Assembly (NCBI RefSeq): GCF_963921235.1
Contig: NC_086097.1
Coordinates: forward strand, 96,040,001 to 96,104,000
Length of the DNA: 64,000 nt
DNA from: Mobula hypostoma
Taxonomy: Eukaryota
Direction: 5' to 3'
Shown here: positions 11,820 through 25,184 of the stretch, piece after piece
Position numbering within the stretch: position 1 is the first letter of the stretch
How the letters are laid out: each line of letters begins with the position of its first letter
Translations under genes and position numbers: made by a program
Notes under the pieces: generated by a model
Seen by the model: only the letters and a program-made list of their open reading frames with translations
Told to the model about the DNA's origin: nothing
The model's database searches: none

Positions 11820-12158
11820 TGGAGATAATATGGTGGTACAGCAGTTAAATTACTGGAGTAGTATCCCAGGGACTGGGAAGAACAATACCATCATGACAGC
11901 TATGCCCTTTAAATTTAATTAATAATCTACAACTTTAAACAAAACTAGTCGGTAGCAGTGACAAAAAAATATTGCTGTAAAAACGCATGTGGTTTACTGG
12001 TGCTTCTTGGGGAAAGAAGTCTGGCATCATTGCTGTGTGGGCTCTCTGTGTGACTCTGAGTTCTTTGCAAGGCCTTTTCAGAGGTTTAAAGGGCAAAATA
12101 AGAATGAGCGATAAATGTCACAAAAATAACCAACAAGATTCTAAAGAATAAATAAATC
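11820..12158 (+). mobile_element. Degraded chondrichthyan tRNA-derived SINE (SacSINE1-like)
   Basis: tRNA-like head (tggtggtacagcagtta...tactggagtagt), a conserved central block shared with 2430-2730, and an A-rich tail. Confidence 0.55.
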
Positions 12159-13521
12159 TGAAGTTTGAACTTTGTCGTGGCAGCCAGGGAATTTGTATTC
12201 AAGTAATTACATTTGGAATAAAAAATAATACTGAGAAAGAAACTACCGGTTTCTTTTCCCCTTGAAAATAATTAATCAACTTGGTGACAAGCCACTGGAT
12301 TCAAAGAACAACAAGCATAGGCAGTAATTGCTGACCTTCCCAGTGAAAACCACATCCTATGTATTGGTTAAAAAAGATCAGCCTGCCCTGAATTAGATGC
12401 TTGGTTCTTGCAGAAGGATTGTGTATGCATCTTACAGAACAAGTGGGTCCAGCCATAAGAATTTCCAAATTTGTTCTGGAAGGAATATAGCTGAACAGAT
12501 ACTGACACCAAAGTGAAATTCCATTGAGCTTCAATAGTCTATTTAACCATACGGGCTTCAAAGCCAGGTTGAGTACTGTCCCTACATGATATCAATTTGC
12601 ACACACCAGGCTAGTGTAAATCCTAATCAAGAACAGTGCTGATTTTTTTCCTTCTCCCCTCAATGTACACATGTCCTGAAGGAGATTCACTTTGTAGTCT
12701 GACAGCTCACCCTAACAGCATAGTAATGTTAGTTATTTTTCTAACAGTAGGATATATAAAAATAGAGAAGTTCAGTGATCAAAATTCTAACTTTATCCAG
12801 TTTACGTATTGCACACATTTTGTGACAGGGCTCACTTTAAAAGTAAATTATTCGGTTGAAATTCAGTATCATCCACCATCATCTATACTATTGCTTCATT
12901 TGGGATCAACCTGAAAACTTTTTGAGGTGAAACATTAAGCCTTTATTTTGTGGGTTACTGCTATTTGTCCTACCACCAATAAAGTGTCCCACACATTCTG
13001 AATTGACATGACCTTGGTGGCAAATCAACCAAAATACCCCCACCTTGAACTTAGCCTGAATCATACTTAAGTACAGTCTACTGGTTAAAATGCTAGAAAT
13101 TTAAAAACTGAAATCTCCTGGTGTGGATGAGTACATCAGAGAGATTGTGTGAGCAGAAGGTTGTTTTTGTACTGGCTTGTGCAGTTTTATCAGCATTTTG
13201 TAAACATTTGATGCTTATTTAAAAGGAACATGACTCAAGAAATTTGCAAGTGCTGGAAGTATAACAAACATTTCAAATTCTATAAGCACAGAAAACACAC
13301 ATACAACTCCTTTTGTGGTCAAAAGATTTTCTAGACCATAACTAAATTATGCATCGTAAGTTGTAACATCAATATGATAACAACTAGATCACCTCCAATT
13401 ATAAAGTAGTTCTATTTGTAAAGAAAAGTTACAAGCTGCTTGGCTGATGCAAGTTGCTTTAAATATATTAAGGTTAGAATTTCATTTTAATTTAATATTA
13501 AGAAATGTGTTTTATTTGTAG

Positions 13522-13660
13522 GGCTGAACATATTAAGGAAATCCTGATGACTGTAAAACCTGGACACAAGTACCTAATCAGGATCATGAAGAGTCTCTTC
13601 CTGACACTGCTCATCAGACCAGGAGCTAACAGATTCCAGTTACAGCCTGCCTCTCCCTGA
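13522..13660 (+). CDS. KNL1: KNL1 terminal coding exon: (R)AEHIKEILMTVKPGHKYLIRIMKSLFLTLLIRPGANRFQLQPASP*
   Basis: tttgtAG acceptor, in frame with previous exon, TGA at 13658-13660. Resembles the C-terminal helices of human KNL1. Confidence 0.88.
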
Positions 13661-13970
13661 GCAGAAAAGCTGATGTACATTCACCATTGTACCCAAATTA
13701 TTCCCATTTCTACTAGGCCTTTTAATGAGCGGGATATGGTAAAGCAACCAAGGATGATACTATAAAATGATGCTGTGATTTAGCATCCAATCCTTGCAAG
13801 GAATGACGAAGAATACAACTCAGACTGAAGCAATGAAGGTATCCCCTTGGCTGTGATGTGTCAGTGTAAATAGGTAACAGACCGTTCCTGGTGTTCACAG
13901 GACTACAGAACAATCTGCTTTAAATATTGGCTGTTCCTTTCTGTAAATTTATAAGTATTGTTTCAGTAAT

Positions 13971-13976
13971 ATTAAA
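13971..13976 (+). terminator. Candidate KNL1 polyadenylation signal (ATTAAA)
   Basis: ATTAAA about 310 nt after the stop codon, followed by GT-rich sequence. Not confirmed. Confidence 0.35.
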
Positions 13977-14869
13977 ACTGTGTTTCATGTAGACCACAGA
14001 TTAAGGATGGTTGTGGTATATTTCGTAACAAATTTGACTCTACATAGCACAATATATGGGTTGCTCATTGTAGTTCAGTGTACAATGAGACTTGGACCGT
14101 GGACCGAAGAACTTGATGGGTGATACGTCCTCTGTTCCACAGCATGTCTCTTTTAGATGAAGTAGTGCAAAATATACAGTAACTTTTCAAGAATGTAAAA
14201 TGTTTTATTTTTTATTTGGAGATTAAATTTATATTTGCCATTGATCCTAATACTTGTGCTTTTTAAATTTATATGCTTGGCACAGATACTTAAGAGGGTA
14301 GACCTTGATGGACAACTTAATCTGTACCTTTTATGGTATCTTTTCCTTTTAACATATTTATGTACATTGATGGAAATTCCTTGCTCACTCTGATAATATA
14401 ACAGCATTGTTTATGTACACATTTGAGCATGCAGACTGGACTTCGGTTTAATTTCTCACCCAAAACCATCAATGCTGAGTCTGCTACAAATATTTGCTCA
14501 GTTCTTGAAATGATGCTTGAATCTTAAACCTGCTCTGAAGTCAGGCTGTTATTAAATGAATTATACTGACATTTGCATTCTAATTTGCAAATACCTCAAG
14601 TTAAAGCAAAATTAATAATTTAATATCATTAGCTCCTCTTGTTATTTTAATGACTATTGTTACTTAGCTTTCTGTGTTTCCTTGATGCTGCTCATTATTT
14701 ATCAGTAGGGTCCACAATTGTTCTGCCTTACTTGTTTGACATTTCCTGCTTAATCTGACCCTTCCAGATCTTGTAAACTTTCTAAATTAATGCATTTTCA
14801 TCACTCCTGAAATAAGTAGACAATATTCTGAAGTATATTCCTGTGGTGCTTTCATTCATGTCTATAGAG

Positions 14870-15220
14870 GTGAAGTATAGCTCCAGCATTTGTTCAGATT
14901 TTCCGCAGCCCTTTGTCATGTCCACCCACCTCCTAGCCTCTGTCACTATTTCTGATCTTCTATTTTCCATTGGCCTCTCACCCCTCCTTACCTGGATCCA
15001 CCCATCACCTTGCCAGTTCTTGCTTTACCCCTTCCTCTCACCTCCTTATACTGGCTATCAGCCCTTCTATCTCCTTCTATCTTTCAGCCCAGATGAAGTG
15101 TCTCAATTCCCAATGTCAATGCTTGTTTCCCTTCATGGATGCTGCCTGGCTGGCCCACTGAGTTTCTCCAGAATCTTGTTTGTTGCTCCAGATTCCACCA
15201 TCTATAGTCTCTTTGTCTCA
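14870..15220 (+). mobile_element. Penelope-like element 3' fragment with degenerate hammerhead
   Basis: Pyrimidine-rich PLE 3' region, cagcccagatgaagtgtctc..., and the ggatgctgcctgg...gagtttctccag tail. Confidence 0.55.
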
Positions 15221-15224
15221 ATTT

Positions 15225-15716
15225 ATTACATAGAAACCTACTGCACATTACAGGCCCTTCGGCCCACAATGTTGTGCTGACCATGTAACCTACTCTAGAA
15301 ACTACCTAGAATTTCTGTAGTGCGTAGCCCTCTATTTTTCTAAGTTCCATGTACCTATCTAACAGAATCTTAAAAGACCTTATTGTATTCATCTCTACCA
15401 CCGTCACTGGCAGTGCATTCCATGCACCCACCACTCTGTGTGGAAAACCTTACCTCTGACATCCCCTCTGTATCTACTTCCAAGCACCTTAAAACTATCC
15501 ACTTGTGTTAGCCATTTCAGCCCTGAGGAAAAAGCCTCTGGCTTTCCACATGATCAATGCTTCTCATCATCTTGTACATCTCTATCAGGTCACCTCTCAT
15601 CCTTCTCATGCTCCGTCGCTCCAAGAAGAAAAGACCAAGTTCACTCAACCTATTCTCATAAGACATGCTCTCCAATCCAGGCAACATCCTTATAAATCTT
15701 CTTTGCACTCTCTATA
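15225..15716 (-). mobile_element. CR1 LINE 3' fragment
   Basis: ORF 15517-15708 QRRFIRMLPGLESMSYENRL...RGDLIEMYK; (TTCTATG)-type tail. Confidence 0.9.
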
Positions 15717-15984
15717 GTAAGCATTGGATACTATACTTGATTTATTGTGGAAAATGGTCTTTAAATCAAGCTGCAGTGTGGTACAACAGTATTACAATCA
15801 GTAATCACAATTCATCACTTTGAGGTCGTGGCAACCCACCATTTTCTTTACAGCTAATCAACTAATTCCAGCTAATACACTGGAATATCAGAACGGCAAT
15901 CCATGTGTGGAACCAAAAGGGGAGATCTTAAATATTTTTTTGCATTGCGTTTGCTCAGGAGTTCATAGAAGTGGCATCAACTTC

Positions 15985-17555
15985 ATGGCCCCTATACAGA
16001 TTACAGAAGAGGTGTTTGCTGTCCTGAGGTAAATTAGGGTCAATAAATCCCCAGGGCCTGACAAGGTGTTTCCTCAGACCTGCAGGAGGCAAGTGCAGAT
16101 ATTGCTGGGGTCTAACAGAGATATTTAAATCATCGTTAGCGACAAGTGAGGCTGGAGAGGATCAGAGGATAGCCAATGTTGTTCTGTTGTTTAAGAAGGG
16201 CTATAAAAATAAACCAGGAAATTATAGGCCAGTGAGCCTGACATAAGTAGTGGGAAAGTTATGGAAGGTACTCTAAGGGACCGGATATATAAGTATTTGG
16301 ATAGACATGGACTGATTAAGGATAGTCAAGGATGGCATATTTTGTGGTAAGATATGACTTGCCAATGTTAGTTTTTCGAGGATGTTACTAGCAAAGTGGA
16401 TGAAGGCAAGGAGGTGGATGTTGTCTACGTAGTAAGGCATTTGACAAGGTCCCATATGCAAGGGTGGTCAAGAAGGTTCCGTTGCTCTGCATTCAAGACG
16501 AGGGAGTAAAGAGGATTAGACAATGGCTTTGTGGGAGAAGCCAAAGAGTGGTAGTAGATGGTTGCCTCTCTGACTAGTGGAGTGCCACAGGGATTGGAGC
16601 TAGGTCCTTTGTTGATTGCCATTGCTATCAATGATCTGGGTGATAGTGTAGTTAACTGGATCAGCAAATTTGCAGATGGCATGAAGATTGGGGAGCGTAG
16701 TGGACAGCGAGGAAGGCTATCGTGGCTTGCAGCGGGAACTGGACCAGCTGGAAAAATGGGCTGAAAAATGACAGATGGAATTTAATGCAGACAAGTATGA
16801 GGTATTGCACTTCAATAGGACCAACCAGGGTAGATCTTACACAGTGAATGATAGGGCACGGAGGAGTGTGGTAGAACAAAGGAATTTGGGAATACAGGTC
16901 CATAATTCATTAAAAGTGGCATAACAGATGGATAGGGTAATTAAAAAAAAGCTTTTGGCACATTGGCCTTCATAAATCAAAGTGTTAAGTAAAGGAGATG
17001 AATGTTGTACTGAAGTTGCGTAAAACATTGGTGAGGCCTAATTTGGAGTATTGTGTAGAGTATTGATCACCTCCCTACAGGAAACATATGAAGCAGTTGA
17101 AAGAATACAGAGAAATTTTACAAGGGGGTTGCTGAGTCTGGAGGAAAGATGAGGAAAGATTGAATAGGTTAAGACTATTCCTTGGAACATAGAAGATAGA
17201 TTTGATAAGTGGTATACAAATTATGAGGGGTATAGATAGGGTAAATGCAAACAGGCTTTTTCCAGTGAAGTTGGGTGGGACTACAACCAGAGGTCATGGG
17301 TTAAAGGTGAAAATTTTTAGGAGAACGAGAGAGGAAACTTCACTCAGGGTCACAAGAGTGTGGAATGAGCTGTCAGTACAAGTGCATGCAAGCTCGATTT
17401 CAACGTTTTAAGACAAGTTTGGATAGGTACCTGGATGGTAGGAGTATGGAGGGCTATGGTCCCAGCACAGGTTGATGGGAATAGGCCGTTTAAATGGTTT
17501 GGTATGGACTAGATGGGCTGATGAACCTGTTTCTGTGCTGTACTTTTCTATGACT
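15985..17555 (+). mobile_element. CR1 LINE, 5'-truncated, degraded RT
   Basis: KSPGPD, GNYRPVSLT, SGVPQG..LGPLL and SKFADG motifs, followed by the CR1 3' UTR. Confidence 0.9.
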
Positions 17556-17807
17556 ACAGATGAGATTTCTAACGTTATCCCAATGATGCAACAGATTTAA
17601 TCTAACCTGAAATTTGTCTGGTCTATTGCCATGCACACTTTCAAGCCTTTGAAATTCAAATTCCTTAATTATATTGCATTTTAATGTCCATGGGTTTCTG
17701 TGTGAAATATTGGTATCATCAATGCTTCCTTTTCAAAATCTTCATCAGAGGTTAGGGTAAATGGTACAAAAGCATTTATAGATATAGAGCACAAGTGCAT
17801 GTGGAAC

Positions 17808-18760
17808 ATGAATCAGAATTAGCTTTAATATCACCGGCATATATTGTGAAATTTGTTAACTTTGCAGCAGCAATACAATGCAATAAATGATAAATATTAG
17901 GAAAAAATGGATTACAGTAAGCATGTATATTAAATTGTTAAATTAAAATAAGTAATGCAAAAACAGAAATTTTAAAAGTAGAGGGTTGGTGTTCATGGCT
18001 TCAATGTCCATTTAGAAATCGGATGGCAGAGGGAAAGAAGCTATTCCGGAATCATTGACTGTGTGCCTTCAGGCTCCTGTACCTCCTCCCTGATGGTAAC
18101 AATGAGAAATAATAAAGAATGAGTGTTGGGGAGTCCTTAATGATGAACACCACCTTTCTGAAGTACCACTCCTTGAAGATGTCTTGGATACTATGGGGGC
18201 ATGTACTCATGATGGAGCTGAATAACTTAACCACACTATGCAGGTTACTTCAATTTTGTGCAGTAGCTTCTTCCCTCCCTCCCCCTCCCCGCCCCCCCAT
18301 ACCAGATGGTGATGCAGCCAGTCAAAATGCTCACCTTGGTACATCTGTAGATGGTTGTGAGTGTCTTATGTGATAAACCAAATATCTTCAAACTCTTAAT
18401 GAAATATAGCTGCTGTCTTGCTGCCTTGAGAGCTGCATTGATATGTTAGGACCAGGTTAGATCCTCAGAGATATTGACACCCAGGAACTTGAAATTGCTC
18501 ACTCTCTCCACTTCTGATCCCTCCTGAGGACTGGTGTGTCTTCCCTCATCTCACCCTTTGTAAACTCCACAATCAGCTCTTTGAATGCAAGGTTGTTGCT
18601 GTGACACCACTCAACCAGCTCTCACGTCACCATCTGAAATTCTGCTAACAATGGTTGTATCATCAGCAAATTTATAGATAGTATTTGAGCTATGCCTAGC
18701 CACACAGTCATGGGTGTAGAGAGAGTAGAGCAGTGGGCTAAGCACATAATCCTGAGGTTT
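17808..18760 (-). mobile_element. Rex1/Babar-type LINE fragment
   Basis: Closely similar to 820-1720; SLLPSGRRYRSLKAH. Confidence 0.85.
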
Positions 18761-19029
18761 TGCCACACTGTTTGGAATAAGCAGTGTTTTTTGTTGTAAT
18801 TATTTTTAATTCACTCTGAAAATTTTGTAGATATCTTTCCCAATGTACCTTGACTTTTAATTGTTTTATTCCATCCATATATTGATGTTACCAAAAAATA
18901 GCTGATATCCATTGTGAGCTTTGCCTGGTTTCAGCAATACAGGGAGATCATGATCTACTGTAATCATTAATGTTTATTCACATTGTCATCCATAAACTAT
19001 GGCAGATAATGTATTACAACAGGCTAGAG

Positions 19030-19109
19030 TAGGATTTCCCAATGTTTTTAATGCCATGAACCAATACCACACAGCAAGGGGTCCATAGACCCCAGGTTGG
19101 GAACCTCTG
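19030..19109. mobile_element. Tiny hAT-Charlie-like MITE
   Basis: Imperfect TIRs TAGGATTTCCCAA / TTGGGAACCTCTG. TSD not recognisable. Confidence 0.5.
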
Positions 19110-21074
19110 GGAGGTTACTCCCATTCCAAATGGTCAAGACTCAGCACAAATTTACAGTCACAGGGACCTGCCAGAGCATGTCTTATCTGTGAAATAATTG
19201 AAGATAAACCACAGCTGTAATGTCACTTCCTTACAGTTGGAAGTATTTTTTAAAAAACATTAAAATGGTGTTTAATGTGGTCAAACAGAAAGCGAGTAAG
19301 CTCCATACTAAGCACAAGACATCAGGATTCAACCTCAATTAGGTGTGCTCTATCTGTATTTTATTGTAAATATCCCTTTATTTCTATATTAATAGATGCA
19401 AAACAAGTAATATCAATAAGCCACAATGTTAATATCTGAAAGGGCTCCACCATGTAAAAATACAGACAAAATAAAAACTGCATCCATTGTGGAAAGCAGG
19501 AAGTAGAATCTGATTGTTTTAAACCAGTCAGTTGTATACAAAGTCATAAGTACATGTAACTTTTGTTGTACCTTCTCAACCAGGATTTGTCTACTAAGTT
19601 CTTTCAGGTCAGTAACTCAAAATCTGGCTAAGTTTCAGCTAATTGCATTGCTGCTGAAACAACAGTTTATTTTGCCAGCGTTCCCAGTTAATCATTACAT
19701 AACTGCCTATTGTTTTAATTTGGGAACTCGGCTAAAATAGCTTTGCCTCTAGAGTCCTACTAGCATTTTTCCCCAGGAAAGATTAAATAATAGGGGGTAG
19801 GGAAATATCATGATAAACAAACATTAAAGGTGGTAAATACAATATGCATATCAAAAATTGACAAAAAATAGTGTGAAAGCAAAGGAAGAACGAAAATCAG
19901 CAGTTATTCATTGGTTGCAATCTCTAAAAATATTCCCAGATTTTTTGTAAAGATTGCAGTAGATTAGATTGGATGGTCACCAGTATATATCTTTATTTAA
20001 GAAAAGAGGGAAGGAGAAGATGAGGAACAAAAAGCCATTGCTGGCAGGAAGGATGATATCAAAGAGTCCTGGTTAAACTGGACAAGGTGCATCTGGGGGA
20101 AGTATTTAATCACTTGAGATTGTAGTTTATATAAAGCATGATGTTTGTGGTTGATTTGAGCCTTTTCCATCATACATCAAAGTTGAGGCTGATCTTGGGT
20201 AATCTTCAACAACCTACCTTGATATTCAATGGGAATTCAATTCCAAACCACATAAAATCAAGAAATACCCAATAGCAATGACTATACAGGGTATTCCACA
20301 AAAACATCACAGCTGTAAGTAACAAAGACTTGCATATGATAAGTAACTGCCTCAAGGCAAGCTGGTTCAGTACAGTTTTGCAAATCTTATTAAAGCTACA
20401 TAAAAATATGAAAACAAATAGGACCAGGAATCAGCCATCAGATTTGCCTGGCTCCTCTACTCTTCATGAAATCATGGCCTGAGAGTTGTCCAGGCAACTG
20501 CATTACAGACAATGACAATATTCATCTACACTAGCACTTGCTGTGTTCACCCACCATCAAAATCCTGGAAAGTCAACTGGACCAGCCAAATGAATATTGT
20601 GGCTACAGATTAGAGATTGAGTTATCCTGTACCTTGAGATTCATCTCCTGCTTTTCCACCACCACAAGACATGTGTCGGACCATGATGAAATTTGTGCCC
20701 GTTTACTTCAAAATATCACAATCAGAGCTATTTAATTGATTCTTGGATCTAACTTATTTAAATATCAGCTTTTTATTGTCTTGCATCAATAATCAAAATC
20801 TTTGGTTCCATTTCAGTTAATAATTTCTACCCTCTCCATACTCTTCAATACCTAAAATGTGTTCAAAACTGGATAGAATGTTTGAATAAAAGTTTAACCA
20901 AATATTTGTGAATTTTTTTTTATCTTGTTTCTTTTAATTTATTGACCTGTTTGTACATTACATTGAATGATACAATGTATAGATAGAAGAGGGACATTAG
21001 CCCAAACAGCCTATTTCCTTTGAACCATCTTGTATATAAAATTAATATATACTGTATATTTAATTATAAGAAGC

Positions 21075-21362
21075 ATCGACAGGGTGAATGGTCTTTTTCC
21101 AGGATAAAAATGTCAAATACTAGAGGACATAGTTTTAAGGTGAGAGGCAAAAAGTTTAAAAGAGAGTTACTAATATTTAAAAGAGAAGTGCTGGGTGCCT
21201 GGAACACTCAGTCTCAGAAGACTGAGACACTTAGGCATGTGAACAATAACCTGCTTGTTCAATATAGACCATGTGTAGGCAGATGTACAGTTTAACTTGT
21301 CAGTCTGGTTGGTACAAACATGATGGATCAAAGGGCCTCTTCCTGTGTGTACTGCTCTATGT
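21075..21362 (+). mobile_element. CR1 LINE 3' fragment
   Basis: SNTRGHSFKVRG motif plus CR1 3' UTR. Confidence 0.75.
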
Positions 21363-21761
21363 AACCTTGCAAAATCAGCTCTTTAAGTCGTCTCAAATCT
21401 TTTCTCCCTCATAGAAATAAAATGCTTAGAATTACAGAATCTTGTCCAGATTCTATTTAATTCTAAATATTTTATTTCTTTTGCTTTACTTCCATTGATA
21501 ACAAGTTGAATATCCTCAACATTCTCTAGTCTAGGTTCAGATATTTTGCCTGAGTTCCCTTTTTATTTTCTTTGTGAGCGTTTCATACTGGTAGCTTAAA
21601 GTTTTTTTTCATACGTGCAAACACTCCACTTTTCAACTATAACACTACATAATTTTAAAAGTGAACCATCAATCTTATCTTAGAGAATCAGTATTCACCC
21701 AGTTTACTAGGTGCATACAGCTCCAAGTCACCATACCCAATTTTAGATGGATAAATTACAG

Positions 21762-21890
21762 GCATGAAAAATTCTGCAGATGCTGCAATGCCAAAGCAAC
21801 ACACACAAAATGCTGGAAGAACTCAGCAGGTCAGGCAGCATCTATGGAAATAAATAAACAACATTCAGGCCAACACCCTTCTTCAGGACT
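21762..21890 (-). mobile_element. Penelope-like element 3' tail
   Basis: Same tail as 8701-8830, with a degenerate hammerhead (AGTCCTGAAGAAGGGTGTTGGCCTGAA on -). Confidence 0.7.
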
Positions 21891-22081
21891 CAGGTCCTTC
21901 AGGCTAAATGCCACAAAGAAAGAAAGGCTTGTTAGTATAGTCACAACTTATACATTTCTCTGGAGCATGTTCTTTCCAATGATGATCAATAGATGAACTC
22001 AGCAACAGTAATGGTGCAATAAACTACTTTGATCGGAGTCATTCACCTGCTTACTGTCATCAGTTAGCACTGTCTTCTATC

Positions 22082-24043
22082 CAGGGCTGGATTTAGTGGG
22101 GCCGGGGGCCCTAATGGGCCCCTGCCGACACCGTAAAATGCTGCTGTACCAAGCAAAAAAAAGGCAAGAACAAGAGCAAAGGTCATACTGGTCTAAATAT
22201 CAAAAGTTGTGAACCAAGACACTGGTTTAGTACAATACGTAGGCTATAAGCTTACAGGCCTTAAGAAGGAGGACAGAAAGTAATGCAGATTCTTAGATTG
22301 AAGGACAGCATCTAAAGCACTCAAAAATTGACCTAGGCTTAGCTGGCTTAGTAAAGTTATGAGGGAGACGAAGTATGATGTATCCAATCTTAAATATTTA
22401 TTTAGCTATTGCTGCACATACCATAGGCCTTATTTCTCAAAAATGCCAAAGCATTTTTATCCGGTATTTTTCTCAATTGTGTGTTCTGAGAAAGTAAAAT
22501 GGAAATGAGAGACAAAAAGGCCAAGAGAGATGGTACTATGGCAAACTAGGAAACTTGACAATACTCCAATAATCTTTTTGTAAAATGAGATCTAGCACAT
22601 ACTAACCTATGGATTGATTTCCTTGATGCCGGATTGTGAGCCTTTGTATGCACCGGACATATTTGCAGCATTGTCATAGCACTGCCCCCTGCAGTTGCTT
22701 ATGTCAACATTCATCTCTCCTAAAACTTTGAGCACAGACTCATACAAAGCTTCCCCTGTGTGGCTCTCAATGGGTAGAAATCGTGAGAATCGCTCCTGAA
22801 TGTTTCCATCAGTTGACACATAACGTAAAATGAATCTGAGCTGATCGCCGTGTGCAACATCTGTGTTTGAATCGATGCTAATAGAAAAGTATTTGGCCAT
22901 TTTGACTTCACTGACAATCTCTGACAGAATTCGATGGCTCATGAGCTCAATAAACTCCTCACATGTTTTAGGTGAAAGATATGAAGGGGTGCCTGAACCG
23001 GCATTTCCAAATTTCTGTACGTGCGCATTCAAAAACGGGTCAAACTCACTTATTACCTCTAGAATACCCATGTAGTTGCCGTTATCAGGACTGCCAAATA
23101 TGTCACTGGAGCCTCAGATAGCCAGTCCCCTCTTGACCAAAGACTTCACAACCGCCACCACTCTTCTCAATACATCGGTCCAGTAGACACACCCTGACTC
23201 GAACTATTTTTGCAGTTCTGTATCTATTCTTCCGCTGTCAGACGCTAGTGTAACGTAGGTCAGTGTCGTTTTCCTGTGGTGTTCGCTATTTTCATGCTCT
23301 CCTATGCGCTCAGCAGTATGTTTCCAGTCAGTAAAGCCAGTTTCGAAGATAGACTGACAGTTACCACCACTGAAGATGCGGCATGCAGAACAAAACACAC
23401 AGCCGGTGGAAGGGGAATATAAGAGCCATTGCCTTGATATGTACTCACCATTTACAAGCTTGCGTTTGAAGTGAAATTTGGAGAAAAGACATCTCTGCTG
23501 TTTGTATACTTGTTCCGTAGCTTTGATATCCACATCCTTATTCTGGCAGGACTCTGGCCCTTTCTGAGCCCAGTACACTCGGACTGGATCATCTAACATT
23601 TCCTTTCCCCAGTGAGCAGGATCAGTGCTGTAAGGATCCTCAGTAGCGCTAACATTAACATTAATGGCGACCCCACTTGGTTGTTCAGAGGCCTCTGTGG
23701 TTGGAAATCCCAAAGTCATGCTCTCTGCCTCTTCAACGTTAGCTGCTGACTGTGGCAAGGACGGTGGTAACAATGCTAACGATGGTGCTAGCGCTAGCTG
23801 TTGAACAAGTCTCTATTTGTCCACTGGTCTCAGACTGTGACAAGATCAACAGTACTGCTGCATCATCGAGAACAGGTTTAAAAGATTCTGTCAATTTCCA
23901 TGTCTTTTTTAATGCTTCTTTGTCACAGTCCTGTTTTTCTTGTTTCTTCTTTCGTTTCTGTGCTCCACTCTCATATTTTTTTTGTCCGCCATGATAGCAG
24001 CTACCTATTTTGGGCCCCTGGGCTGCAGCCCAGCCTAGCCCTG
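22082..24043 (-). mobile_element. hAT DNA transposon (ZMYM1/DUF4371-like, Tip100/Zaphod type), internally deleted
   Basis: TIRs CAGGGCTGG / CCTAGCCCTG. 8-bp TSD CTTCTATC (22074-81) / CTTCTGTC (24044-51). Transposase remnants: KYESGAQKRK, RQWLLYSPSTGCVFCSACRIF (TTF Zn finger), YFSISID...DQL..ILRYV, CRGQCYDNAANMSG. Confidence 0.93.
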
Positions 24044-24254
24044 CTTCTGTCCACAGGTGCTACCTGAATTGTTGGGTATCCCAAATCATTTTTTAAATTA
24101 ATACTGGAGCACCCTGCTCCATTAATATGTAAGGAATAAACAGTGACCACCCCACCTCGAATAAATAACATTCCTATTTCTCTTTAAGGCAGTATCTTGG
24201 GATCTTTGACAACAACAATCTTGGAGAAATGAGTAGGTGGAGCAGGGCCCGTGG

Positions 24255-24435
24255 GGCTCCTTTCCTCTATAAATGCTGCTCGGCCCACGGTTTTCCTCCA
24301 GCATTTTGTGTTACTCTATCATCTGCAGTTTCATGTGTCTCCCTGATGAAGTTCTCGGACCGAAATGTCGACCGTTTGTTCATTTCCACAGATGCTGCCT
24401 GACCTGCCTAGTTCTTCCAGCATTTTGCGTGCGTT
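24255..24435 (+). mobile_element. Tandem Penelope-like tails with hammerhead motif (24343-24372)
   Basis: Two successive ...ctccagcattttg tails flank CTGATGA AGTTCTCGGACC GAAA TG TC GAC. Confidence 0.6.
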
Positions 24436-24614
24436 TCCCCGGGATCATTTGCGCCCACCTGAGGCAGCAAAGTGAGTTCAGTATCTTCATCACTGCAGTA
24501 CTACCCTAGAGGCACCAACTCAGCTGGCACTGTTAAAATCATAAACCTCATTCCCTTATTATTTCCATGGGGAAATCATCACCCTTCCTTCATCAAAAGG
24601 CTGAGCAAATAAAC

Positions 24615-25140
24615 GTGCCAAAGCCCCACTGCCGTCATTCGGTCAGTCTTTGTCGGCGGGGAGCGCGCACGCCTGCCCTCCAGCCTGCGCATACGTCATC
24701 ACGTATCGGCTAAGTGGCGCGGTTTTTGGAAAGGACGACCCGAGAGTGTTGGCGCGAAGCTGCCAGAGGAGAAGGAGAAGGAGGAGGAGGGAGTTGAGGG
24801 CTGGGGTAGTGGTTAACGAATAACAGCGACGGGAGACGGGCGGGGACAGCGGATGGCTAAGGCGCAAGAGTAGCGGGAGAAGAAGAAGCCCAGTGACTGC
24901 GGGGTAAACAGACGGCGGCGGCGCGGGCCTGAGGTTTCGTTGGACCAGTTATTTTGAGGTAACGTTGGCAGCTTTCAACGGGCTGAGACGCGGCTTGGAG
25001 TGGGTCAAGTCGAACCCGGGGCTTGTGAGGTGTACAGGTTGGGGGTGGGGGACTGTCCTTTTCTGGTCTGATAAATGAGGTTCCGTTCCCCTCACTCCGG
25101 TCAAATCTGGAAGACCTGAATATCGTCCGCGCCTGCTAAC
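24615..25140 (+). promoter_or_regulatory. RAD51: CpG island / RAD51 promoter with CRE-like and E2F/CDE-CHR-like motifs
   Basis: The only non-repeat CpG/GC-rich stretch in the window. Motifs: TGCGCA, ATACGTCATCACGTAT (24691-24706), TGGCGCGG-TTTTTGGAA (24715-24731). Lies upstream of the RAD51 ATG exon. Confidence 0.75.
24740..24958 (+). other. RAD51: Probable non-coding exon 1 of RAD51 (start approximate)
   Basis: GAG|GTAACG donor at 24959 inside the CpG island. Vertebrate RAD51 has a non-coding first exon, and the ATG exon here has an acceptor just 7 nt before the ATG. Confidence 0.6.
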
Positions 25141-25184
25141 TTAACTCATTCACCGTGGTGGTTGTTTAGTTCAGAGAGCGGTTA

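Noticed and set aside
22607..23773. ZMYM1-like zinc-finger host gene
   Set aside because: Lies between TIRs with an 8-bp TSD, has stops/frameshifts and lacks the C-terminal half: a transposon, not a domesticated gene.
24643..24867. 74-aa - strand ORF with a poly-Leu run in the CpG island
   Set aside because: Shadow of the GAG-rich RAD51 5' region; no splice or homology support.
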